This document shows positions 11,551 to 21,710 of a DNA stretch of 45,145 nt, piece by piece. Origin of the DNA: Methyloceanibacter sp. (GTDB lineage: Bacteria; Pseudomonadota; Alphaproteobacteria; Rhizobiales; Methyloligellaceae); NCBI GenBank assembly GCA_030669345.1, contig DAOVDX010000001.1, positions 1 to 45,145 on the forward strand, in the 5' to 3' direction. The position numbers were made by a program, and so were the translations under genes. The notes below the pieces were generated by a model, which ran no database searches, was not told the origin of the DNA, and saw only the letters and a program-made list of their open reading frames with translations. How positions within the stretch are numbered: position 1 is the first letter of the stretch; every line of letters begins with the position of its first letter.

Positions 11551-11596
11551 AAGTGGCCGTCTTTATTTTTAGCCTCAAGGATATTGCGAGAATCGA

Positions 11597-12013
11597 ATGG
11601 CAGGTAAAAAGCCTAATCCCGTTGACATTCACGTTGGGAGTAGAGTGCGACTGCGTCGCATGCTGCTCGGCATGAGCCAGGAGCGGCTCGGCGATGGCAT
11701 GGGCCTCACATTTCAGCAGGTCCAAAAATACGAGAAGGGTGTGAACCGCATCGGCGCGAGCCGACTGTTTCATATTTCGAAAATCCTCGATGTCCCAGTG
11801 CAGTTTTTCTTCGAGGAAGCACCTTTTGCCGGCGATACCGGTACGGCACCAGGCATGGCCGAAGCCGAATCCGAGGGCTTCATCCTGGAATTCCTGAATA
11901 GCCGGGAAGGGTTGGAGTTGAACCGCGCATTCGTCAAGATTGGCGACGGCAAGGTTCGCAAGAGCGTGGTCGATCTGGTTCGAGCCCTGGGCTCGGGTAC
12001 CGGCGCCTCCTAA
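11597..12013 (+). CDS. phrR: XRE/Cro-CI HTH regulator, PhrR/PraR-like
   Basis: KKPNPVDIHVGSRVRLRR...LTFQQVQKYEKGVNRIGASRL. Position downstream of lnt (actA) matches rhizobial phrR. Confidence 0.85.
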   Translation: MAGKKPNPVDIHVGSRVRLRRMLLGMSQERLGDGMGLTFQQVQKYEKGVNRIGASRLFHISKILDVPVQFFFEEAPFAGDTGTAPGMAEAESEGFILEFLNSREGLELNRAFVKIGDGKVRKSVVDLVRALGSGTGAS

Positions 12014-12119
12014 CTCAGTCGCTGATTGCCGGGGCTTGACCTCCGGCCCCACGATTGCCAGAACCGGGCGCGATCTTTAAGGCCGCTCGGCCTTTTCTGC
12101 TGTTTCATAGGGGGTGCCA

Positions 12120-13292
12120 GTGTCACGGGCGAACTATCTTTTTACGAGTGAATCCGTGTCGGAAGGTCACCCCGACAAAGTGTGCGATCGCATCTCCGAT
12201 GCCATTGTCGATCTCTATCTCGCTGCCGATCCTCTTTCTCGCGTGGCCTGCGAAACGCTTGTCACCACGAACCGCATCGTGCTGGCTGGTGAAGTGCGCG
12301 GACCCGAGAGCGTCACGCGTCAAAGTATTGAGGACGCCGCACGGCGCGCCGTGCGCGAGATCGGGTATGAGCAGGATGGCTTTCATTGGGCCAAAGCCGA
12401 CTTCGAAAATTACCTTCATGAGCAGTCGGTAGACATCGCCCGAGGCGTGGACGCCGATAGCGAAAGCGATAAGGACGAGGGCGCGGGCGACCAAGGCATC
12501 ATGTTTGGTTATGCCTGTCGCGAAACCGAGCCTCTCATGCCGGCGCCAATTCATTATTCCCACATCATCTTGCACGAGATGGCGAAGGCCCGGCATTCCG
12601 GCCGTGACGAACTTGGCCCCGACGCCAAGAGCCAAGTGACGCTGGTTTATGAAGACGGCATGCCGGTGCGCGCCGACTCCATCGTGGTCTCCACCCAGCA
12701 CAGCGAAGAGACGAGCCAGGAGCATCTCAGGGAAATCGTCAAAGCCATCACGGACGAAGTGATGCCCAAAGGCTGGGTCGACGCCAAAACGAAACTCTAC
12801 GTCAATCCGACCGGGCGGTTTGTGATCGGCGGACCGGATGGCGATGCGGGCCTCACAGGGCGCAAAATCATCGTCGACACCTATGGTGGCGCGGCGCCTC
12901 ACGGCGGCGGCGCTTTCTCCGGCAAAGATCCGACCAAGGTCGACCGCTCGGCAGCTTATGCTGCGCGCTATCTCGCCAAGAACGTCGTAGCGGCGGGGCT
13001 TGCCGACAAATGCACGCTGCAAGTCGCCTACGCCATTGGCGTCTCGCAGCCTCTATCGCTTTATGCCGACCTGCACGGCACGGGCAGCATCGCCGAAGAA
13101 AACCTTGAGAATGTGCTCCGCAAGGTGATGGACTTAAGCCCGCGCGGCATCCGAGAGCATCTTGGCCTCAGCCGCCCGATCTATGAGCGCACGGCCGCTT
13201 ACGGCCATTTCGGCCGGCAGCCGGACAATGATGGTGGCTTCTCATGGGAGCGTCTCGACCTCGTCGAGCCGATCCGGAGCGAGCTCTCCTAA
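12120..13292 (+). CDS. metK: S-adenosylmethionine synthase
   Basis: [19 protein letters not shown] and [12 protein letters not shown] 12120 follows AGGGGG; alternative start 12114. Confidence 0.97.
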   Translation: MSRANYLFTSESVSEGHPDKVCDRISDAIVDLYLAADPLSRVACETLVTTNRIVLAGEVRGPESVTRQSIEDAARRAVREIGYEQDGFHWAKADFENYLHEQSVDIARGVDADSESDKDEGAGDQGIMFGYACRETEPLMPAPIHYSHIILHEMAKARHSGRDELGPDAKSQVTLVYEDGMPVRADSIVVSTQHSEETSQEHLREIVKAITDEVMPKGWVDAKTKLYVNPTGRFVIGGPDGDAGLTGRKIIVDTYGGAAPHGGGAFSGKDPTKVDRSAAYAARYLAKNVVAAGLADKCTLQVAYAIGVSQPLSLYADLHGTGSIAEENLENVLRKVMDLSPRGIREHLGLSRPIYERTAAYGHFGRQPDNDGGFSWERLDLVEPIRSELS

Positions 13293-13347
13293 CCGTCAAC
13301 CGTCCTGCGTCATGCCCGCCTCCGTGGGCACGACAAACGGAGTTGGA

Positions 13348-14052
13348 TTGACCCAGGCGAATCAAAAGACGGCCGAGACGAGACCGCTCCGGTCCTATGG
13401 CAGGCGCAAGGGCAAACGCTTGAGCCCGCGCAAGGAACAGCTGATCGCCGATCTGCTTCCCCGCTTGCGTCCGGATCTTGGACAGAAACCCCCAAGCGAT
13501 TTGCGCACGTTGTTCTCGGGTCCCGTCCGGGACGTGTGGCTCGAAATCGGTTTCGGTTCGGGCGAGCATCTTCTGTGGCAGGCGGAGCGTCATCCCGACA
13601 TTGGCTTGATTGGCTGCGAGCCCTTTATCAATGGCGTCGCCGCTCTGCTCGGCGGCATCGAAGATCGGGAACTCGACACCATCCTCGTCCACGATGACGA
13701 TGCGCGCGACATGCTTGCCTGGCTTCCGGACAACGCGCTCAGCCGCGTCTTCATCCTGTTCCCCGACCCCTGGCCGAAGAAGCGGCAGCAAAAACGAAGA
13801 CTGGTGTCCCCGGAGCTGCTCAGCGCGCTTGCCCGCGTGATTGCGCCGGGCGGCGAATTGCGTTTCGCCAGCGACGACACCGACTATGCTGGTCAGACAT
13901 TGCTCACGGTAAAGCGCAGCGGCGCCTTTGCCTGGCTCGCTTCCCGGGCGGCGGATTGGCGGGACCGGCCCGCCGATTTGGTGCCGACGCGCTACGAACA
14001 GAAGGCCTTGAGTGGCCTCAAACCTGTCTATCTCAGATGGCGGCGCCTCTAA
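13348..14052 (+). CDS. trmB: tRNA (guanine-N7)-methyltransferase
   Basis: LEIGFGSGEH, GCEPF, FPDPWPKKR and TRYEQKA. Start TTG 13348 (GGAG SD) or ATG 13312. Confidence 0.93.
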   Translation: MTQANQKTAETRPLRSYGRRKGKRLSPRKEQLIADLLPRLRPDLGQKPPSDLRTLFSGPVRDVWLEIGFGSGEHLLWQAERHPDIGLIGCEPFINGVAALLGGIEDRELDTILVHDDDARDMLAWLPDNALSRVFILFPDPWPKKRQQKRRLVSPELLSALARVIAPGGELRFASDDTDYAGQTLLTVKRSGAFAWLASRAADWRDRPADLVPTRYEQKALSGLKPVYLRWRRL

Positions 14053-14112
14053 GCGGCCATCCACGGAGAGCCCTGGCCCCGGAAATTAAGGATTTTCTTC
14101 GAAGAGGATTGC

Positions 14113-14140
14113 TTGAAACCTCGAAGAAAGTTTGTATATT
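14113..14140 (+). promoter_or_regulatory. Putative sigma70 promoter of the rimP-nusA-infB operon
   Basis: TTGAAA-N16-TATATT upstream of the rimP leader hairpin. Confidence 0.5.
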
Positions 14141-14169
14141 TGCTGCAGAACTCATGGTTGGATTTGATC

Positions 14170-14198
14170 AGGGGTGGGCCTTCGGCCCGCTCCTTTTT
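14170..14198 (+). terminator. rimP leader terminator/attenuator hairpin
   Basis: AGGGGTGGGCC-TTC-GGCCCGCTCCT stem with two G-U pairs and a T-tract, in the 5' leader of rimP-nusA. Such leaders are known before rimP. Confidence 0.7.
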
Positions 14199-14249
14199 GT
14201 TAGGTACTACGCCTTCTCGTCCTTATCGGGCGGCGTGACCCCATTATCG

Positions 14250-14807
14250 ATGTCAGACCCTGTAGCAAACGAAGACCGCCGCTTTACCCACGAGACCGGG
14301 GAAGAGCGGACTGTCGCTGAACTCGCCGAGCCGGTGATTGAAGAGCTCGGCTACCGTTTGGTGCGCGTAAAAATTTCGGGCCGCGACGGTGGCACGGTGC
14401 AGATCATGGCCGAGCGTGCCGATGGCGAAATGAACGTGGACGATTGCGCGACCATCAGCCGGAGCCTGTCTCCGGTGCTTGAGGCCTACGATCCAATGCC
14501 GGGGCAGTATCTCCTCGAGGTTTCCTCGCCCGGCATTGACCGGCCATTGGTCCGCCCGAGTGACTTCGCTTCCTGCGTGGGTCAGGAGGCGAAAGTAGAA
14601 CTGAAAGAGGCTGTGGACGGGCGCAAGCGCTTCAGAGGCGTGATCGAGGATGTCGTCGCGGACGAAGTGCATTTGAAAATCGAGCTAGATGGCAAGGCCG
14701 AGCCGCTCATCATCGGCCTTCCCTTCTCGCTCATCGGCGAGGCGAAGCTTGTCACCAACGTCGGCGGCTTCAGGAACGATCTTTCGGGCAAGAAGCCCAC
14801 GCATTAA
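14250..14807 (+). CDS. rimP: Ribosome maturation factor RimP
   Basis: LGYRLVRV, QIMAER, LEVSSPGIDRPL and GRKRFRG. ATG 14250 chosen; the longer ORF overlaps trmB and the leader. Confidence 0.94.
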   Translation: MSDPVANEDRRFTHETGEERTVAELAEPVIEELGYRLVRVKISGRDGGTVQIMAERADGEMNVDDCATISRSLSPVLEAYDPMPGQYLLEVSSPGIDRPLVRPSDFASCVGQEAKVELKEAVDGRKRFRGVIEDVVADEVHLKIELDGKAEPLIIGLPFSLIGEAKLVTNVGGFRNDLSGKKPTH

Positions 14808-14869
14808 TTTTAGAGCGGGTGCGCCGGATGCGCAGCCCGCCACGAACGTAACCATAGGAGGCAGACAGA

Positions 14870-16582
14870 ATGGCTCAGGCAGGCGTAAGCGCCAATCGGC
14901 TGGAGCTCTTGCAGATCGCCGACGCGGTCGCACGCGAGAAGGCCATCGACCGCGCTGTGGTCATCGACGCCATGGAGGACGTGATCCAGAAGGCCGCGAA
15001 ATCCCGCTATGGCAGCGAGAACGAAATCAAGGCCGAGGTCGACCCTCAGACCGGCGAGATCTCGCTCGCTCGCCTGCTCGAAGTGGTGGAAGACGTGACC
15101 TTGGAAGCGACGCAAATCTCGCTCGACGAGGCGCGACGCAAGAACCCCGAGGCAGAAGTGGGCGACTTCATCGCCGAGCCCCTACCGCCGCTCGATTTCG
15201 GCCGAGTCGCTGCGCAAAACGCCAAGCAAGTCATCGTGCAAAAAGTGCGCGAGGCCGAGCGTGAGCGCCAATACGAAGAATTCAAGGATCGCGTCGGCGA
15301 GATCGTCAACGGCATCGTCAAGCGCGTCGAGTACGGCAATGTGATCGTCGATCTCGGCCGGGCCGAAGCCATCGTGCGCCGCGACGAAACGCTGCCGCGC
15401 GAGAATTTCCGCTATGGCGACCGCGTCCGCGCCTTTGTCTATGACGTGCGGCGTGAGCAGCGTGGCCCGCAGATTTTTATGTCGCGCACACATCCTGAAT
15501 TCATGGCCAAGCTCTTCGCGCAAGAAGTGCCCGAGGTTTACAAGGGCATCGTCACCATCAAGTCGGTGGCACGCGATGCCGGCAGCCGCGCCAAGATCGC
15601 GGTTGAGTCACGCGACTCGTCCATCGATCCCGTCGGTGCCTGTGTCGGTATGCGCGGCAGCCGCGTCCAGGCGGTGGTGAACGAACTGCAAGGCGAGAAG
15701 ATCGACATCATCCAGTGGTCGCCAGACGCCGCCACGTTCATCGTCAACGGACTGGCGCCGGCCGAAGTGGTCAAGGTCGTGCTCGACGAGGACGCCGAGC
15801 GCATCGAGGTGGTTGTTCCCGATCAGCAGCTCTCCCTCGCCATTGGGCGAAAGGGTCAGAACGTGCGGCTCGCTTCCCAGCTTACCGGCTGGGACATCGA
15901 CATCATGACCGAGGCATCTGAGTCAGAGCGCCGCCAGGCGGAGTTCGCCGAACGCTCGGCAGCATTCATGGAAGCGCTCGACGTCGACGAGGTGATCGCT
16001 CAGCTGCTCGCTTCGGAAGGCTTTGCCTCCGTCGAGGAAGTGGCTTTTGTCGAGCCGACCGAGATCTCTTCAATCGATGGCTTTGACGAGGACACGGCCG
16101 CCGAAATTCAGGCACGTGGCCGCGAACATCTGGAGAAGCTCGAGGCCGATCTCAACGCCAAGCGCAAGGCGCTCGGTGTCGCCGATGAACTCATGGAAGT
16201 GCCGGGCCTCAACACGCTGATGCTCATCGCGCTCGGTGAGAAAGACGTGAAGACCGTCGAGGACCTGGCTGACTGCGCCACCGACGACCTCGCTGGTTGG
16301 AGCGAGCGTCAGGAAAAAGAGACCATCCGTCATGAGGGCTTTCTGGACAGCTTTGGCCTAACCCGGCCGCAGATGGAGGACTTGATCCTGGCGGCTCGCG
16401 TCAAGGCTGGCTGGATCGACGAGGCCGACCTCATCGAGGGGCCGGCTGAGGGCGAAGGCGAAGCTGAGGGTGAAGCCGAAGCAGAGGCTGGTGCCGAAGC
16501 CGAAGGCGAGGCGAAAGCCGAGGCCACGCCGGATGCGCCAAAGGACGAGACGCCCGCTTCAGACGACCCTGAAGCGACATGA
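14870..16582 (+). CDS. nusA: Transcription termination/antitermination factor NusA
   Basis: FGRVAAQNAKQV, S1 and KH domains (GACVGMRGSRV, AIGRKGQNVRLA); GGAGG SD. Confidence 0.97.
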   Translation: MAQAGVSANRLELLQIADAVAREKAIDRAVVIDAMEDVIQKAAKSRYGSENEIKAEVDPQTGEISLARLLEVVEDVTLEATQISLDEARRKNPEAEVGDFIAEPLPPLDFGRVAAQNAKQVIVQKVREAERERQYEEFKDRVGEIVNGIVKRVEYGNVIVDLGRAEAIVRRDETLPRENFRYGDRVRAFVYDVRREQRGPQIFMSRTHPEFMAKLFAQEVPEVYKGIVTIKSVARDAGSRAKIAVESRDSSIDPVGACVGMRGSRVQAVVNELQGEKIDIIQWSPDAATFIVNGLAPAEVVKVVLDEDAERIEVVVPDQQLSLAIGRKGQNVRLASQLTGWDIDIMTEASESERRQAEFAERSAAFMEALDVDEVIAQLLASEGFASVEEVAFVEPTEISSIDGFDEDTAAEIQARGREHLEKLEADLNAKRKALGVADELMEVPGLNTLMLIALGEKDVKTVEDLADCATDDLAGWSERQEKETIRHEGFLDSFGLTRPQMEDLILAARVKAGWIDEADLIEGPAEGEGEAEGEAEAEAGAEAEGEAKAEATPDAPKDETPASDDPEAT

Positions 16583-16603
16583 GGCCCGTAGGAGACAGAG
16601 ACG

Positions 16604-17272
16604 TTGCGGCTAGAGACGGCGGAGCAAAACGAGATGCAAGACGAGCAGGCGGAAGCCGTTCGCCGTTGCGTTGTCACGCGCGCACCTCGTCCTAAAGACG
16701 AACTCATCCGCTTTGTCCTCGGGCCTGACAGCACGATCGTTCCGGACCTAAAAGAGAAGCTTCCCGGCCGGGGCGTCTGGCTCACGGCGACCCACGATAC
16801 GGTCACCGAAGCCGTTAAACGCAAGGCTTTTGGCCGGGCCCTGAAGGCCGAAGCCAAAGCTCCGGACGCACTTGCCGATCAGCTCGACAAGCTCCTTGCC
16901 GAGGCGGCCTTGGCCTCATTCGCGATGGCTAATAAGGCCGGCGAGGTTGTCTTCGGTCACTCCAAGGCCGAGGAAGCCTTGGCAAAGGGCCGCGTATTAG
17001 CCCTGCTTCACGCTAAGGACGCGTCCGAAGACGGATGTCGGAAGCTAGACGGCAAGGCGAAGGCGGCCACCGACGGACGTGGAATTCCCGCGGTTTGCAC
17101 GTTCAGCGGCGATGAATTGAGTTTGGCCACAGGCCGGACAAATGTGATACATGCTGCCCTAATCCAGGGTGGAGCGACGCGAAAGTTTCTCGCGGCAGCC
17201 TCGCGCCTAGAGCGCTACCGCAAGGGCAGCGCCGCCTTTTTAGACTCAAGATCGGACACGGACAAAGAATGA
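16604..17272 (+). CDS. ylxR: YlxR/DUF448 RNA-binding protein with C-terminal L7Ae-like domain
   Basis: RRCVVT, ELIRFV and KLPGRGVW, then LLHAKDAS...[16 protein letters not shown]; lies between nusA and infB. Confidence 0.85.
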   Translation: MRLETAEQNEMQDEQAEAVRRCVVTRAPRPKDELIRFVLGPDSTIVPDLKEKLPGRGVWLTATHDTVTEAVKRKAFGRALKAEAKAPDALADQLDKLLAEAALASFAMANKAGEVVFGHSKAEEALAKGRVLALLHAKDASEDGCRKLDGKAKAATDGRGIPAVCTFSGDELSLATGRTNVIHAALIQGGATRKFLAAASRLERYRKGSAAFLDSRSDTDKE

Positions 17273-19752
17273 GTGAAACGAACGAAACCGACGACAAGAC
17301 ATCCGCGCCCAAGATGACGCTCAGCGTCCGCCGGACAGTGGAATCCGGCCATGTGCGCCAGAGCTTCAGCCATGGGCGCAGCAAGTCTGTTGTGGTCGAG
17401 AAAAAGAAGCGGCGCTCCATTGGTTCATCGCCGGCAGCAAAACCCGCTGCTGAGGCACCGAAGGCGGCCGCGCCCGTCGCGAAGGCCCCGCCAAAAACGC
17501 CTGCAGCGGAAGCTCCGCCGCGCCGCTCGGGCGTTGTTCTGCGCCAACTGTCCGAAGAAGAGAAAGACGCCCGCGTCAAGGCGCTTGCCAGCGCATGCAT
17601 CCGCAACGCCGACGAGCGCGAGAAGGCCAAGGAAACCGCAGCCCAAGAGGCCGTTGCCGAGGTCCAGCGGGCTAAGGAACGCAAAGAGGCTGAAGAGCTC
17701 GAGCACAAGGAAGAAGCAAAGAAGGCTGCCGAAGAGAAGGCCGCTCCGAAGGCCGCCGAGCCTGTGCGCAAGCACATGAAGCAAGAGGCCGAGGAGGCGC
17801 CCAAACGCCCTGCCGATCTCCGCCATAAGAAGAGCCCGACCACGCCGAGGCGTGGCCAGGAGCGCCGCGTCCGTGGCCGCCTCACAATCACCAACGCCCT
17901 CGACGAGGAACAGCGCCAGCGGAGCCTTGCCTCGCTGAAGTGTCACCGCGAGCGCCAGAAGAAGCAGGGCTCCGGCCCGCAATCCGTGCAGAAAATTCAA
18001 CGCGAAGTCGTGATCCCAGATGTCATCACCATCCAGGAACTCGCCAACCGCATGGCATCGCGTAGCGTCGACGTCATCAAGTTCCTGATGAAGGATGGCG
18101 AGATGCATCAGGTCACCGACGTGATCGACTCAGATACCGCCCAACTCATCGCCGAAGAATTTGGTCATGAAGTGCGCCGCGTCTCCGAAGCGGACGTTGA
18201 AGAGGGCTTCCTCGGCGCCGAGGACAAAGACGAGGATCTTGAGCCGCGCGCTCCAATCGTCACCATTATGGGTCATGTCGACCACGGCAAGACGTCCTTG
18301 CTCGACGCGATCCGCCAGGCGAATGTCGTCTCCTCTGAAGCCGGTGGCATCACCCAGCATATCGGCGCCTATCAGGTAGACGTACCGTCCGGACAGAAGA
18401 TCACCTTCATCGATACGCCTGGCCATGCGGCCTTCACCACCATGCGTGCCCGTGGCGCCCAGGTCACCGACATCGTCATTCTCGTGGTGGCAGCCGACGA
18501 CGGCGTGAAACCCCAAACAATCGAGGCGATCAATCACGCCCAGTCCGCTGGCGTGCCTATCATCGTCGCCATCAACAAGATCGACACTCAAGGCGCCGAT
18601 CCGAAGCGCGTGCGCACCGAGCTGCTGAGCCACGAAATCGTCGTGGAGAGCTTGGGCGGCGACACGCTGGAGATCGAGGTCTCGGCCCTTAAGAAGACAG
18701 GCCTGGACAAGCTGCTTGATGCGATTGCGCTCCAGGCTGAAGTGCTGGAACTCAAAGCAAACCCTGAGCGCGACGCCGAAGGCGTGATCGTCGAGGCCAA
18801 GCTCGAACGCGGACAGGGTCCTGTCGGCACGGCGCTGGTTCAGCGCGGCACGCTCAAGGTCGGCGACCTCATCGTGGCGGGCTCGTCATATGGCCGCGTC
18901 CGCGCCCTGACCGACGATGCAGGCAAGCAAGTCAACGAAGGCGGCCCGTCAGTGCCGGTCGAGGTGCTCGGCTTCGATGCACCGCCTGAGGCTGGCGACC
19001 AGTTTGCCGTGGTCGAGACCGAGGCGCGCGCGCGCGAAATCACCGATTACCGCCAGCGCGAGAAGCGCAGGCAGACGGCGGTTGCCGGTCAGCGCGGCAG
19101 CCTCGAAGAGATGATGAACCAGCTGCAAGAGTCTGGCGTCAAAGAGTTCACGCTCATAATTAAGGGCGACGTGCAGGGGTCGGTCGAGGCCATTACCGCG
19201 ACGCTTGCCGGTCTCGGCACCGATGAGGTCCGGGCCAATATCGTGCATGCGGGCGTCGGCGGTATTACTGAGTCAGACGTAGCGTTGGCATCGACGTCGG
19301 GCGCTGCTTTGCTCGCCTTCAATGTGCGCGCGAATGTGCAAGCCCGCGAAGCTGCGGCCCGTACCGGCATCGAGATCCGCCAATACGCGGTGATTTATGA
19401 TCTCGTCGATGACATCAAACAGGCCATGTCAGGCCTGCTGGCGCCGACGAGGCGGGAGACCTTCCTGGGCAATGCCGAGATCCTGGAAGTGTTCTCCATC
19501 TCCAAGGTCGGCAAGGTCGCCGGTTGCCGCGTAACCGAAGGCAAAGTCGAGCGTGGCGCTCAGGTCCGCCTGATCCGCGACGACATCGTGGTGCACGAAG
19601 GCAAGCTCTCCACCCTCAAGCGCTTCAAGGACGAAGTGAAAGAGGTGGTGTCTGGCCAGGAATGCGGCATGGCGTTTGAGAACTATCAGGACATGCGTAA
19701 GGGTGATGTCATCGAGTGCTTCGAGGTCGAGCACATCGAGCGTACGCTCTAG
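17269..19752 (+). CDS. infB: Translation initiation factor IF-2
   Basis: [35 protein letters not shown] and ECG motifs. Confidence 0.98.
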   Translation: MSETNETDDKTSAPKMTLSVRRTVESGHVRQSFSHGRSKSVVVEKKKRRSIGSSPAAKPAAEAPKAAAPVAKAPPKTPAAEAPPRRSGVVLRQLSEEEKDARVKALASACIRNADEREKAKETAAQEAVAEVQRAKERKEAEELEHKEEAKKAAEEKAAPKAAEPVRKHMKQEAEEAPKRPADLRHKKSPTTPRRGQERRVRGRLTITNALDEEQRQRSLASLKCHRERQKKQGSGPQSVQKIQREVVIPDVITIQELANRMASRSVDVIKFLMKDGEMHQVTDVIDSDTAQLIAEEFGHEVRRVSEADVEEGFLGAEDKDEDLEPRAPIVTIMGHVDHGKTSLLDAIRQANVVSSEAGGITQHIGAYQVDVPSGQKITFIDTPGHAAFTTMRARGAQVTDIVILVVAADDGVKPQTIEAINHAQSAGVPIIVAINKIDTQGADPKRVRTELLSHEIVVESLGGDTLEIEVSALKKTGLDKLLDAIALQAEVLELKANPERDAEGVIVEAKLERGQGPVGTALVQRGTLKVGDLIVAGSSYGRVRALTDDAGKQVNEGGPSVPVEVLGFDAPPEAGDQFAVVETEARAREITDYRQREKRRQTAVAGQRGSLEEMMNQLQESGVKEFTLIIKGDVQGSVEAITATLAGLGTDEVRANIVHAGVGGITESDVALASTSGAALLAFNVRANVQAREAAARTGIEIRQYAVIYDLVDDIKQAMSGLLAPTRRETFLGNAEILEVFSISKVGKVAGCRVTEGKVERGAQVRLIRDDIVVHEGKLSTLKRFKDEVKEVVSGQECGMAFENYQDMRKGDVIECFEVEHIERTL

Positions 19753-19789
19753 GTGCTAGCCGAAACAGGCTAGCTCAAGGAGCATGCCC

Positions 19790-20185
19790 ATGGCTGATCG
19801 TGGAAAAGGTGCAGGCCGCCCGCCTTCGCAACGCCAACTTAAAGTGGGCGAAGTGATCCGCCATGCGCTGGCCGAGATTCTCAATCGCGGCGACATCTCC
19901 GACGAGGTCTTGGAGCGTCATTCGCTGACCGTGCCGGAAGTCCGCATGACACCGGACCTCAAGCTTGCCACGGCCTATGTGATGCCGCTCGGCGGCGGCG
20001 ATGCCGAGGAAGTGGTCACTCATCTCGAACAGCATAAGCGTTTCTTGCGCGGCGAGCTGGCGCGGCGGGTCAATCTGAAATTCATGCCGCAAATCAGGTT
20101 CAAGGTGGATGTCTCCTTTGAGACTTCCGCCAAGATCGACGCGATACTCGCCTCGCCCAATGTAGCCCGCGACCTTGACGAATAG
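19790..20185 (+). CDS. rbfA: Ribosome-binding factor A
   Basis: [21 protein letters not shown] and [17 protein letters not shown] is 7 nt before ATG 19790. Confidence 0.95.
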   Translation: MADRGKGAGRPPSQRQLKVGEVIRHALAEILNRGDISDEVLERHSLTVPEVRMTPDLKLATAYVMPLGGGDAEEVVTHLEQHKRFLRGELARRVNLKFMPQIRFKVDVSFETSAKIDAILASPNVARDLDE

Positions 20186-20209
20186 CGGCTGGACGGAAGG
20201 GCGAGAAAC

Positions 20210-21136
20210 ATGGTGCGGCGGCGCAAAGGCCAAGCGATCAACGGCTGGCTGATCCTCGACAAACCCCTAGGCTTTACCTCGACCCGGGCCGTCGGGCGCG
20301 TGCGATATTTGTTCGACGCGTCTAAGGCCGGCCATGCCGGTACGCTCGACCCGCTCGCCACGGGAATTTTGCCGCTTGCCCTCGGGGAAGCGACCAAGAC
20401 CATGCCGTTCGTGGTGGATGGAAGTAAGGCCTATCGCTTCACCGTGCGCTTTGGCGCGGAGACCGACACCGACGACGCCGAGGGCAAGGTGGTCAAGACG
20501 TCCGACCAACGTCCCACAAGGGCCGAAATCGAGGCGGCGCTGCCGAGCTTGACAGGCGACATTGCCCAAATCCCTCCCCGCTTTTCGGCCATCAAGGTGG
20601 ACGGCGAACGCGCCTATAAGCTCGCCCGCGACGAAGAAGACTTCGAGCTCGCGGCCCGGACAGTCACCATCGACCGGCTCGAACTCACCGAGCACGCCGA
20701 TGAGGACCATTGCGTGATCGAAGCCGAGTGCGGCAAGGGCACTTATGTGCGGGCCATTGCGCGCGATCTCGGCCGGATGCTGGGCTGCCTTGGCCATGTG
20801 GAGGTCTTGCGGTGAACGCGCGTCGGGGGCTTTACCGAGGCCGATACGGTCACCCTTGCCGAAATCGAGGAGGCTGCGGGAAACGAAGAGGGCAAGCAAG
20901 CCCTTCTCAGCCTGCTTCGGCCGGTGGAAACGGCTCTACAGGATATTCCGGCGCTCTCATTCAGCAGTTCCGATGCCGCGAGACTCCGCCAGGGCCAGCC
21001 GGTGATGCTCCGGGGCCGGGACGCACCGATTATGGGCGGGACGGTTTATGCCGTGTCGCGCGGCGCGCTGGTCGCGCTTGGAGAGGTCGCCCAAGGCGAA
21101 TTTAGGCCCAAGCGCATCTTCAATCTGCCGGGCTGA
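20210..21136 (+). pseudogene. truB: tRNA pseudouridine(55) synthase interrupted by an in-frame TGA at 20813-20815
   Basis: [27 protein letters not shown] and [13 protein letters not shown], then HVEVLR*TRVGGF. The same frame continues through the C-terminal domain to TGA 21136. Confidence 0.85.
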
Positions 21137-21237
21137 GGCAAAGGCTGATTTTAGCGGATTTGGGCGCCGATTTCCGGCCACCCGTAGACCCCAAATACTA
21201 CTGGCCTAAAGCCCGATAATCCCTATATTGCACCGAT

Positions 21238-21340
21238 TGCGCCGGGGCCTTTTTTGGGGCCCCGTAACGCATTTTATCGACCGTGCTGGACGACATCCCG
21301 GCTCGGCCACCCGAAAACCCCTAATTGTAAGGATTATACG
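21238..21340 (+). promoter_or_regulatory. rpsO 5' leader, candidate alphaproteobacterial S15-binding autoregulatory RNA
   Basis: Two hairpins: CGGGGCC...GGCCCCG and CCGTGCTGG-ACGACATC-CCGGCTCGG (21281-21306). S15 leader RNAs are known in Alphaproteobacteria; no covariance search was run. Confidence 0.55.
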
Positions 21341-21610
21341 ATGTCGATTAGCGCTGAGCGCAAGCAAGAGCTTATCCAGGAATACGCCACCACCAGCGGG
21401 GACACTGGGTCTCCAGAGGTACAAGTTGCGATCCTGACTGAGCGGATTACCAATCTTACGGGTCACTTTAAGACCCACAAAAAAGACAATCATTCGCGTC
21501 GCGGGCTGCTGAAAATGGTCAGCCAGCGGCGCCGGCTGCTCGACTACATCAAGTCGTGTGAGGTCAGCCGTTACCAAGACCTCATCAAGCGGCTCGGTAT
21601 CCGCCGCTAA
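21341..21610 (+). CDS. rpsO: 30S ribosomal protein S15
   Basis: MSISAERKQ...[13 protein letters not shown]...[17 protein letters not shown]...LGIRR, 89 aa; TAAGGA SD. Confidence 0.97.
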   Translation: MSISAERKQELIQEYATTSGDTGSPEVQVAILTERITNLTGHFKTHKKDNHSRRGLLKMVSQRRRLLDYIKSCEVSRYQDLIKRLGIRR

Positions 21611-21710
21611 CGGCTGCCCCTTAGCGGGCAGATTGCGAATAATTTGAACGGGCCTGCTCTCTCGCCATCCGGGCGAGGAGAGTATCCACCCCAATCAATG
21701 GGACATGAAC

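Noticed and set aside
12014-12119. SAM riboswitch upstream of metK
   Set aside because: No recognisable SAM-II or SAM-SAH core. The region reads better as a promoter (TTGACC-N17-CAGAAC).
20813-20860. Selenocysteine or TGA reassignment explaining the truB stop
   Set aside because: The position corresponds to a conserved Arg, not Cys or Trp. No convincing SECIS follows. TGA ends many intact genes here, including ATGA-coupled pairs.
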